Positions 28,431-37,804 of a stretch of 49,138 bases of DNA are shown here, piece by piece. Source of the DNA: Eledone cirrhosa. Lineage: Eukaryota. The notes under the pieces are model-generated. The model did no database searches. It saw only the letters and a list, made by a program, of their open reading frames with translations, and had not been told where the DNA came from. The stretch spans positions 1-49,138 of the forward strand of contig CAXHJY010000459.1 in NCBI GenBank assembly GCA_964016885.1. The letters run 5' to 3'. A program made the translations under genes and the position numbers. Position 1 is the stretch's first letter. Every line of letters starts with the position of its first letter.

Positions 28431-28699
28431 CATCATCACCATCATCATCACCGTTTTACGTCCGTTCTTCCACGCTAGCATGGGTTAGACGGGTTGTCCT
28501 GTTGTGGGCAGTGTCTGGTCGGCTGACCATGCCTTGCTCATACAGGAACTGATCTGGCTTGATTTCTACAGCTGGATGCCCTTCCTAACACCAACCTCAT
28601 TTACAGTGAGTGCTGGGTGCTTTTTCGTGGCGCCTACACGTCCACTTTACAGTGTGGGCTGGGTGCTTTTTTGCCGTGGCACCTCCACGACCACCTTGC

Positions 28700-28730
<31 letters not shown>

Positions 28731-30030
28731 TATTGTTTATATGCTTCAGCATGTACCCATGGGAGGTCGGGTACCCTGTATTACTGCGTGACGCCAGAAG
28801 TCACGGTCGTGTGTCATTGACTTTGAGAGGTGTAGTTGGGTAAGGTCGGCTTTTATCACCTCATCCCAAGTCATCTTGGGTCTCCCCACTCCGCGGTTTC
28901 CATCAACTTCTAGTGCTCTGCACCTTTTTATGCAGCTGTCATCCTTCATACGCATCACATGTCCATACCAGCGTAACCGCCTCTCCTGCACGCAGCATTT
29001 GATTCCTCTTATGCTCAGTCTCTCTCTCAATTCATTTATGCTTTGTCGTTCACGTATATTACTGTTACACATCCATCGGAGCATGCAGGCTTCGTTTCTC
29101 TCTAATCTACGTAAGTCTTCCACCTTCAGCGCCCAGGTCTCACTACCATGCAACATCGCTGTTCGGATACACGCATCATACAGTCTGCCTTTCATTCTGA
29201 GGGAGAAGCCTTTTGCAGCTAGCAGTGGTAGTAGTTCCCTAAACTTCTTCCATCCCGTTCTTACCCTAGTTATTGTACTTTCTGAGCACCCACCTCCGTT
29301 GCTAATTCGGTCACCTAGGTAGCAGAAGCTGTCTACTGTTTCTACAGGGCCCTCCCAGAGATTGGTGGTACTTGTTTCCTGTGGCTGTTTGCTTGCTGTT
29401 TCAGCACAGCTGCTGCATGTGAATCCTACATTCTTAATTAAGCTTCCTGAGATCCCGCTACATCTCTTGTGTACCCATTGTTTGCATTTGGGGCAAAGAA
29501 TGGAGTTCCTACCTACACCTTTCCTACATACTGAGCAAGGCCATTTCCCTGAGGGGATCTGGGTTCTGTTTTCTCGTCTACTTATAAGGACCTTAGTCTT
29601 TGTCATGTTGACTTTGAGGCCCTTTCTCTCTAGTCCCTGCTTCCAGGTTTGGAATTTATTCTCTAGTTCTACCATAGATTCAGCTATGAGTGCGAGGTCA
29701 TCAGCATACAGGAGTTCCCATGGGCATCCGGTCTTAAACTCCTCCGTTATTGCCTGCAGGACTATGATGAACAGGAGAGGGCTAAGAACAGAGCCCTGGT
29801 GGACCCCAACCTGTACGCTAAATTCCTCGCTATACTCATTGCCAATCCTAACTTTGCTGACTGCTCCCCTATACATGGCTTGTACCGCTTTCACAAGCCA
29901 TTCATCTACTCCTAGTTTTCTAAGAGCCCACCAGATTACTGCACGTGGAACTCTGTCAAAGGCTTTCTCAAGGTCGACAAATGCCAAGTAGAGTGGCTTA
30001 CTTTTAGCTAGGTACTTTTCCTGTAATTGC
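28431..30030 (-). mobile_element. Young 5'-truncated RTE-clade LINE (1.6 kb) in a TM9SF3 intron, same sense as the gene
   Basis: Uninterrupted RT frame, 3' UTR, (GAT)n tail at 28431-28450, candidate TSD CTGTAAT at 28424-30 and 30031-37. Confidence 0.95.
28746..30030 (-). CDS. N-terminally truncated non-LTR reverse transcriptase (RTE clade) with an internal PHD finger
   Basis: Motifs FVDLEKAFD, GVHQGSVLSPLLF, LLYADD, FCYLG, RRLRWYGHVMRM, GRPKMTW; the frame continues upstream of the ORF call (QLQEKYLAKSKPLYL); no real start codon. Confidence 0.93.
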
Positions 30031-30405
30031 CTGTAATAATAATGATAATAATGAAATTATTGTGTACAGTGCTCAGGTGCACTACAACTCATCAAAGGTG
30101 CATGTATAGTACATAGAATAATGTACAAATGTCAGGAAAGTGAACAGTGTATGAGTCATGATATACATGTGTGTGTGTGTAGGGAGGGGGGATATCAGGT
30201 GTAGTGTTAGTGTTGGCGAATTTCAGGAAGCATGAAGGTTTTAAGAGGAGGCAGGCAAAGCGATGTTGGTCCAAGCCAGACCTGACCTGCATTTGATGTC
30301 ATCCCAGTTACATTGGACATTTGTATAGTGGGGGACAGTGAAGCAGATATAGTATAGAAAGAGACAAGGAGAAAAATAGAGAATCTGTAGAGGAATGGTA
30401 CTTAC

Positions 30406-30552
30406 CATCGATAATCCTCAGCATTAAGCAGGAAATATGTACAGACAATGGTTACACAGATGGTAACAATGGCAAGGATCAGAAATACCAGTAACATGAA
30501 GCCATAGACATAATAGATTTTATAGGCCCAAAATGATGTGAAAATGAAGTAC
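30406..30552 (-). CDS. TM9SF3: TM9SF3 exon, 147 nt: (M)[48 protein letters not shown](W)
   Basis: Within ORF 30402..30605; TTTCAG acceptor, GTAAG donor; motif [11 protein letters not shown]. Confidence 0.97.
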
Positions 30553-30886
30553 CTGAAATTAGATGTAGAGAATGTTAGGTTGTCGAGTGGAAGTAAGAGA
30601 GACACAACAGACAGCTATTAACTGGGACAGAGGAAGTAACAGAGACATTAATGGTGAGTAGAATGGGGGAAGGGAGCATTAGTAAGGGAAATACAGGCAT
30701 CAAAAGAGGAGGTTGAGGGGCCATTTACATAGAACAATGGAGATGGACAAGGATGAGACAAAAAGAGGGTAGAATAAGATAGAGAAAGAATAGAAAATAA
30801 ATATATATAACGAAGCAAGTGTGGCAAGGAACCAGGTGGACCATAACGTACCAGAGTACTCGATACTTTGGGTAGTAGAGTGGGTA

Positions 30887-31010
30887 ATAGGAAAAGAGTC
30901 AGGACCCCGACGGCAGAGCTCAAGCCGTTTCGACAGCTAGATTTGTTTGTGCAGATTTAACTGTTGAAACGGCCGGAGCTCAGCCGTCTGGGTCCTGACT
31001 CTCTTCCTAT
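30887..31010. repeat. 124-bp GC-rich imperfect inverted repeat (fold-back element)
   Basis: ~60-nt arms ATAGGAAAAGAGTCAGGACCCCGACGGCAGAGCTC... and ...GAGCTCAGCCGTCTGGGTCCTGACTCTCTTCCTAT, about 10 differences by eye. Confidence 0.92.
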
Positions 31011-31108
31011 GTATATGTGTGTGTAGAGAGAGAGAGAGAGAGAAGAAAGAATGAGAGATAACTGTAAGGAGATAAATAAAGAGAACAGAGGGAATGAGAA
31101 GGCATTAA

Positions 31109-31298
31109 CTCTTTAGCATTTAAACTGGCCATATCCAGCTAGAATTCTCACATTTTCCTGTTCAAACCAGCCACTCATACCAACGTTAAGGTATTGTTCT
31201 CAAAATAAATATCAAAATCTCAGATTTGATATTATGTGAGGTAAAGACTTTACGGTGAAAATATAATAGTAAATATAGAGAATGTAAATACTAAAGGG
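31109..31298 (+). mobile_element. MITE family A, full copy
   Basis: TTAA|CTCTTTAGCATTTA...TAAATACTAAAGGG|TTAA. Confidence 0.9.
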
Positions 31299-31447
31299 TT
31301 AAGGTGATAACAATAGAAAACAGAAAAACACGAGGAAAATAAAATGAGGGACAGAAAGAGGGAAAGAATCGACAAGTGCAGGGGAATATCTTAAGTCAAT
31401 GTAAAGATATTCATCTAAATTTGAGAGAAAGACAAAAACAAACTTAC

Positions 31448-31516
31448 ATTTCAATAAAGATGGAACCAAATGGGAGAACTCCACCAAGTATAATGATAAC
31501 AGCTGGTTCCATAAAC
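31448..31516 (-). CDS. TM9SF3: TM9SF3 exon, 69 nt: (W)FMEPAVIIILGGVLPFGSIFIE(M)
   Basis: ACAG acceptor, GTAAG donor; family motif GGxLPFGSIFIE. Confidence 0.96.
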
Positions 31517-31569
31517 CTGTTAAGGGAAACAATAAAGGAATTATTATTTATATTATTATTCCTAAGTGC

Positions 31570-31700
31570 AGTGGACAGGCATAATTGGTAAGGCGTTGGA
31601 TAAAATGCTTTTGTGGTATTTGGTCTAGCTCTTTACATTGATTTCAAATCCTACCCAGGTTAACTTTGCCTTTTATCCTTCTGGGATTGGTTCAATCAAG
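31570..31700 (+). mobile_element. Deu/Nin-like SINE fragment
   Basis: TTCAAATCC...AACTTTGCCTTTTATCCTTCTGGG. Confidence 0.65.
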
Positions 31701-31954
31701 GGGTCAAAGATACCATCCTACAAAGCTTGGCTTGGAAATAAGTCCTCCTACTTGCGCTTGTGGTACAAGCAGACATAAAAGTCGATCTGGAAAATAATTT
31801 TCCCCTGCGAAAGCAAGGATTAGTCTTGCAGGGACCTTGAAAGTCTACATACTTATCATGGGATCCTTTTCAAAGCAATATTTTATAGTCAGAAGCCCTT
31901 TCAGTCACCTCTTACAATACGCAGGAACACATCGCACATATTTTTTACCATATA

Positions 31955-32180
31955 CACACAAAAAAGCGCCCAGTCCACACTGTCAAGTGGTCATGTTGTT
32001 GCCATGACAAAAAGCAACCAGTCAACACTGAAAATGTGGCTGGTGTTAGGAAATGCATCCAGCCGTAGAAACAGTTCTGTATGAGTAAGACATGGTCATG
32101 TGATCTAACTTGTCTCACAACGGACAACTTGTCTAACCCATGTTAGTGTGGAAAAATGGATGTTAATCGGTGACAATGAC
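31955..32180 (+). mobile_element. Diverged RTE 3'-UTR copy
   Basis: GCCCAGTCCACACTGT...GGTGTTAGGAAATGCATCCAGCCGTAGAAA...AACCCATGTTAGTGTGGAAAA. Confidence 0.8.
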
Positions 32181-32293
32181 AACACACACATACTAGCATA
32201 CATCTTTTAAACCATATACATACAAGTAAATAGCACTCAACTACATAACAAAACAAAAAACAAAGTGTTTATCTTGAAACATTGTTTAGTTAC

Positions 32294-32433
32294 CATTTCT
32301 TCTCTGGAATTGGTCTTGGCACAGCATTGATACGGCAAGGATAGTTGGGCTGTCCAGCTAAGTTCCTTCCAAGAACAGTCCCAACTAATGTCAATGGTAA
32401 AATGACAAACAAGCAAATGCATGTTATAGCGAC
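32294..32433 (-). CDS. TM9SF3: TM9SF3 exon, 140 nt: [46 protein letters not shown](W)
   Basis: ACAG acceptor, GTAAC donor; family motif PCRxNxxPRPIP. Confidence 0.96.
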
Positions 32434-32886
32434 CTGTTAATACAAAACAAACATTATATATATAATATAAAGAGAGAGTGTCATATGTTTATACTGTGTA
32501 TGTAGAGAGAGAGTAATATGTTTATAATAGAGAGAGAGAGAGAGAGAGATATGAGAGAGTGCCATACGTTTATACATTTTTTAAAGTACAAACATTATGT
32601 GTGTGTGTGGTGTGCGTGTGTGGGTGTGTAAAATGAGAGAGAGAGAGAGAGTTATACATTTATGCATTCTTTTAAAGTCTGAAAATTATTTGTAAAAATC
32701 TGAAATATTTTTATAACTATCTCAGTGAAGAATGAATTCATTATGAGCAATAAAGACATGTATGCAAACAACTTTTGTAGAGCCCCCCTCTCTCTCGGAT
32801 CAACATAGTATAAATGAATGCTGATAACTAGGCCATACATTGTGACACTTTTAAACAGAATTAGATATATGTCAATATCTGGTTAA

Positions 32887-33196
32887 CATGTGGCTTAGTG
32901 GTTAGAGCATTGACCTTGCAATCGAAAGGTTGTGATGTGTTGTTTCCTTGAGCAAGACACTTTATTTCACATTGTTCCAGTTTACTCAGCTGTAGAAATG
33001 AAATAATAGGGACTGGGGTCCATATCATTCCACTGCAAAGTGGTCGTGGAGGTGCCACGGCAAAAAAAACACCCAGCACTCACTGTAAATGAGGTTGGTG
33101 TTAGGAAGGGCACCCAGCTGTAGAAATCAAGCCAGAATCAGTTCCCGTCCCACCCTTGCAAGCAGGGAAAAGCGGATGTATGATGATGATGATGAT
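32887..33196 (+). mobile_element. tRNA/CORE-like SINE with RTE-derived tail; B box deleted
   Basis: A box TGGCTTAGTGG, CCTTGAGCAAGACACTT, tail shared with the RTE 3' UTR, (GAT)n end; near-identical to 37368-37713 apart from a 22-bp deletion. Confidence 0.88.
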
Positions 33197-33631
33197 CTGT
33201 CTATTGTAGTAAAGAATGAAATTGTTGAATAGCCATGTTGCAGTTTATTAAAAGTACTTCTGTCTGATCAGAAAAGTGTGAATGAAGAAAGTATCAAAGT
33301 TCTTAATATATAAATAGGCTTCCAATGAGATGTTACATATCAAAACCTGGCTGGTTAGATCCTTGTCCCAAACTGTTAAAGAGACCCACATGGTCCTTAT
33401 TTCCCAGAGAAACTAAATACACATGCATAACTGACAAGTATATTAAGCTAGGAGGGAAGCAGAGGATAGAAAATTCAAGCATGTTTTGCAACGTGAAGAC
33501 CAGAAACAGGTGTTCAAGATTGCGAGGCAGTGTGTCAGAGAGAATTGTGATGTCATTGGAATGATAAAGGTGAGCTTGCCCTCACAAGTGCTGAGAAGAT
33601 ACATGGAAGAGCCATTATGATAGATTACTAA

Positions 33632-34050
33632 ATGAGGTGATAAAAGCCGACCTTACCCAATTACACCTCTCAAAGGCGATGACACATGACCGTGACCTTT
33701 GGCGTCACGCAGTAATACAGAGTACCCGACCTCCCATGGGTACAAGCTGAAGCATATAGAGAATATGCCCCCACACCCTCCCACTGCAAAGTGGTCGTGG
33801 AGGTGCCACGGCAAAAAAGCACCCAGCCCACACTGTAAAGTGGACGTGTAGGCGCCACGGAAAAAAGCACCCAGCACTCACTGTAAATGAGGTTGGTGTT
33901 AGGAAGGGTATCCAGCTGTAGAAATCAAGCCAAAATCAATTCCTGTATGAGCAAGGCATGGTCAGCCGACCAGACACTGCCCACAATAGGACAACCCGTC
34001 TAACCCATGCTAGCATGGAAAAACGGACGTAAAACGGTGATGATGATGAT
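33632..34050 (+). mobile_element. Short 5'-truncated copy of the young RTE LINE (last ~38 codons plus 3' UTR), antisense to TM9SF3
   Basis: Reverse complement of 28431-28864 with few differences; (GAT)n tail. Confidence 0.95.
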
Positions 34051-34307
34051 AACTCTGTACAGAAGAACCTCGTTTCACGAACTTAATTTGTTCCTGAAGG
34101 CCATTCATGACCTGAAATGTTTGTAAAGAGAAACTATTTTCCTCATACGAAGTGTTGAGAGAGAGAGAGAGAGAGAGACTGTGTGTGAAAGACTGATAGC
34201 TATCACTATAGTAACTAACTACACAGCAAGTGACAATTTCCCACCGATACTCCCAGTTTGTTGCCAACCATTGTTACGTGTTTGTTACTCGAGACACTGC
34301 TCTCACC

Positions 34308-34379
34308 AGTTACAGCTGGTTTGAACAGAAAGAGGTGAGAGAATTCTGGCCGAATATGGCTGGTTTAAATGCTAAAGGG
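34308..34379 (-). mobile_element. MITE family A, one-end fragment
   Basis: Ends TTTAAATGCTAAAGGG|TTAA; reverse complement matches the left end of the other copies. Confidence 0.85.
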
Positions 34380-34763
34380 TTAAAGGAATTTTCCCATGGG
34401 CCTTCTGCTACAATTACATCCCACAGAAGTTGTTATACGTTGGGAATAATAATCAAAACAGAGAAGTGTTTATACTTAGAAAAGAGAGGATACTCAGTGT
34501 TATGTTTTTTTTTTAATTCTTGAGGTTTGTGGATCCTAGGCTGAAAACTACTTTTTATGGTCTAGAATACCAAAGCAGTATCAATCCAGATGTAGAAGTT
34601 AAAAAAAAGATGGAAGTTTGTAGCAAAAGTAGAATCCAACAACTTGAGGGGAAATTGTTGTGTTCAATAAACTAAGCAGACAGTCTACACGTCATCAGTG
34701 CAAGCAACAAGATGGACAGAAAGAATAAGAAAACTAGAAAGCAGAATAAATGAAGTGACTTAC

Positions 34764-34894
34764 CATAGTGCCAAATGGAATAGCTCTGGATGCATGGTAA
34801 TAAATGGCTATGAAGTTGATGAAAAAGGCTGTACCACATACCAAAATAGGAAGGAGGAAGGCACTAAGCATCATTTGCTTGATCCATACTTTAC
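34764..34894 (-). CDS. TM9SF3: TM9SF3 exon, 131 nt: (G)[43 protein letters not shown]
   Basis: ACAG acceptor, GTAAG donor, phase 1-0; motif [13 protein letters not shown]. Confidence 0.96.
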
Positions 34895-35029
34895 CTGTAA
34901 GAGAACAGTTGATAGTGATGGTATGTCTTCATGATAAATCATAGAAATTCAACTTGATTAATTTACTAAAGAGACTATTCAAACAAATGAAAACAATAAG
35001 TATCTATCAGGGAAGGATATCATCAGTTA

Positions 35030-35478
35030 TTTATCATTATCATCGTTGTTCAACGTTCACTTTCTATGCTAGCATGGGTTAGACAGGTTGTCCCATTAGA
35101 GGCAAATTAGGTCAGGTGACTGTGTCTTGCTCACACAGAAATGTTTCTGGCTTGGTTTCTACAGCTGGATGCCCTTCCTAATGCCAACCACATTTACAGT
35201 GTGGGCCGGGTGCTTTTTGTCATGACACCTACACGACCACCTTACAGTGTTGACTGGGTGCTTTTTGTCATGACACCTACAAGACCACCTTACAGTGTCG
35301 GCTGGGCTGGGTGCTTTTTGTTGTGACACCTACACTACCACTTTACAGTGTGGACTGGGTGCTTTTTGTTGTGACACCTACATGACCACTTTACAGTGTG
35401 GACTGGGTGCTTTTTGATGTGACGCCTACACTACCACCTTACAGTGTGGGGTGGGTGCTTTTTGTGATACCAACATAA
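35030..35478 (-). mobile_element. RTE 3'-UTR copy with about 6 tandem 48-bp units
   Basis: Tail GCTAGCATGGGTTAGAC; unit TTACAGTGTGGACTGGGTGCTTTTTGT..TGACACCTACACGACCACC. Confidence 0.88.
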
Positions 35479-35709
35479 CTTTATAGGGTTAAGATGTTGA
35501 AAAATAGTCATAAGTTTACATCTTACTGCTGTCATTTATGTACCTTTGAGCAGGACACAAAAATCCAAACAAAACTCTTCCAAAAGAAAAACAGAGAGAA
35601 AAACCTCTCTATGATCAATATCCCAGCAAGATTAAACAGAAAGGAAGTGAGCCAATACAACAGTCAGACATAGCTCAACAGCTTCAAACTAAGCAGAAAG
35701 TTAATTGTT

Positions 35710-36092
35710 TGTGCTGGTGCCACAATATGTACTAAGCCCACACTGGAAAGTGGAAGTACTGATGCCACAATAAAAATACATCGAGCCCACTCTATAAAGT
35801 GGTAGTACTGGCACCCTGATATGTGCTCAACCCACACTGGAAGAAGGAAGAGCTGGTGCCATGAAAAAAGCACCAAGCCTACCCTGTAAGATGGTATTGG
35901 CAGTACCACGGGAACAAACCCAGTACAGGCCGTAAAGTTGTCGGTGTTAAGAAGGGCATCTATCCAACCATAGAAAACCAACCCTCAAACGGATCATATG
36001 AGCAAGACGTGGTCATCTGACCTGCCTAACCTCATATGACCATTGTCTAATCCATGCAAGAATGGAAAATATATGTTAAATGACGATAATAA
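35710..36092 (+). mobile_element. Older RTE 3'-UTR copy with about 5 diverged repeat units
   Basis: Same unit, then GGTGTTAAGAAGGGCATC...CCATGCAAGAATGGAAAA...GTTAAATGACGAT. Confidence 0.78.
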
Positions 36093-36276
36093 TGGAGAAG
36101 ATATTAATCCATAAAGCTATAATGCAACATCATCTTCCATTGAAATTTTTCAAAATTCAAAATATATTATTTAGACGATCCCATAATGATACATAAGCTG
36201 GAGGTAAGGTTGAAGTAAACGTAGCGAGTAGTGGTGGTTAAATCATTTTTATAAAACATAAGAATGTATATATTAC

Positions 36277-36371
36277 CTCCCATACGAGCATAAAGGCTGC
36301 CACCAAAATAACCATTTACGGGAGCTGTGGCAGCATATACAAATATAGCAGTACTTAACAGAGATCCTCGC
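36277..36371 (-). CDS. TM9SF3: TM9SF3 exon, 95 nt: (E)[31 protein letters not shown](G)
   Basis: GCAG acceptor, GTAAT donor, phase 2-1, continues the frame. Confidence 0.96.
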
Positions 36372-36769
36372 CTGCAGAGAGAGAAAGAAGTGGTTGAGAC
36401 AATTCAGTGAACAGCTTCATTATAAAACCAAGTAAAACTTAAGTTGTCTAACAACAAAATAGGATCAAAAGTAGATTTTGTTTACTTCACTAAAAATATG
36501 AGAGATCTAATTTGTTATATAACTGGTTGACATTGTATTATGTATCTAAAACACGGTCAATAATCCTGTTTCTTTGACAATGGTACACATTGTGATATAT
36601 TTACTGTATATACTCGAATATAAGCTACCCGCCACACTATTTTATGTCTGAGAAATAGGCGAAAATCAAAACCTTGTTTATAAACCAAGGCAGCTAATCA
36701 ACACATATAAGCAAACCTCTTATTTTATCATTGATTTCTTTTGTCACATATTGGCTTTTCTTTTATCCA

Positions 36770-37045
36770 GAGTCAACAAAATAAAGTACCAGCAATGTAC
36801 TGGGGGTCAATTTAATTGACTTCTTCCCCAAAATTGTTGGCCTTGTGCCTAAATCAGAAACCATTATTATTATTATTAATGGGCCAGTGGATTGGCAAAA
36901 TCTTTAGAAGATCAGACAAATGCTTTGTAGTTACAGCTCTTTACATTGTCATGGCCAACTTTGCCTTTCATCCTTCTGGGGGTTGATAAAGCAAAGTACC
37001 AGTAACACACTGGAGTCAATTTAATCGACGTTACCCTTCCTCCAA
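36770..37045 (+). mobile_element. Two adjacent Deu/Nin-like SINE remnants
   Basis: AAAGTACCAG...ACTGGGGGTCAATTTAAT occurs twice, with an (ATT)n tail at 36863-78 and TTTGCCTTTCATCCTTCTGGGG at 36960. Confidence 0.72.
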
Positions 37046-37139
37046 AAGTATATACAGGACCTAAATGTCACAATGTGTAGTAAATTACCAATACAAATAT
37101 TAATAATGCACAAGAGAATCACTATAAATGGGTACTCAC

Positions 37140-37306
37140 TCTGTATAAAGTTCTCCCAAAATAGCAAATGAGATCACACAAGTAGCAACAACCCCTATGT
37201 GGTAACCTGTGCCAACCAATGCTGAAAACAACATTGGATGGGAAGCTGGACGGAATACATCCCCATGCACTTGTTTCCAACCATACTCATCGCCAAGATC
37301 TTTCTC
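37140..37306 (-). CDS. TM9SF3: TM9SF3 exon, 167 nt: [55 protein letters not shown](E)
   Basis: Family signature [12 protein letters not shown]; TCAG acceptor, GTGAG donor, phase 0-2. Confidence 0.97.
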
Positions 37307-37367
37307 CTGAAATTGAGAATAAACATTAACAGCTAAATAGCAACCATTTTAAAACTACCACAAAGTT

Positions 37368-37713
37368 TCATCATTCATCATCATTTCATTTTGATGTCCG
37401 CTTTTCCCTGCTTGCAAGGGTGGGACGGGAACTGATTCTGGCTTGATTTCTACAGCTGGATGCCCTTCCTAACACCAACCTCATTTTACAGTGAGTGCTG
37501 GGTGCTTTTTTGCCGTGGCACCTCCACGACCACTTTGTAGTGGAATGATAGGGACCCTAGTCCCTATCATCTCATTTCTACAGCTGAGTAAACTGGAGCA
37601 ATGTGAAATAAAGTGTCTTGCTCAAGGAAACAACACATCACCCGGTCTGAGAATTGAACTCACAACCTTTCGATTGTAAGGCCAATGCTCTAACCACTAA
37701 GCCATGTGCCTCC
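37368..37713 (-). mobile_element. Full-length tRNA/CORE-like SINE with RTE-derived tail
   Basis: Starts GGAGGCACATGGCTTAGTGGTTAGAGC, B box GAGTTCAATTC, CORE-like block, tail matching the RTE 3' UTR, (TGA)n end. Confidence 0.9.
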
Positions 37714-37804
37714 ATTCCAGGATATAATACCAATTTTCCAGCTACATAGCATTATAGTTATCCCACAATATAACATCAGTTGTAAACATTAACAGTAAAT
37801 CAGT

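Noticed and set aside
34059-36640. Tigger-like (34059-34300) and Tc2-like (36602-36640) terminal motifs
   Set aside because: Resemblance from memory only; matching opposite ends and TSDs could not be confirmed.
37630-37713. tRNA-like sequences here and at 26500-26578, 32887 and 41812
   Set aside because: A/B boxes run directly into CORE-like and LINE-tail sequence, so these are SINE heads, not tRNA genes.
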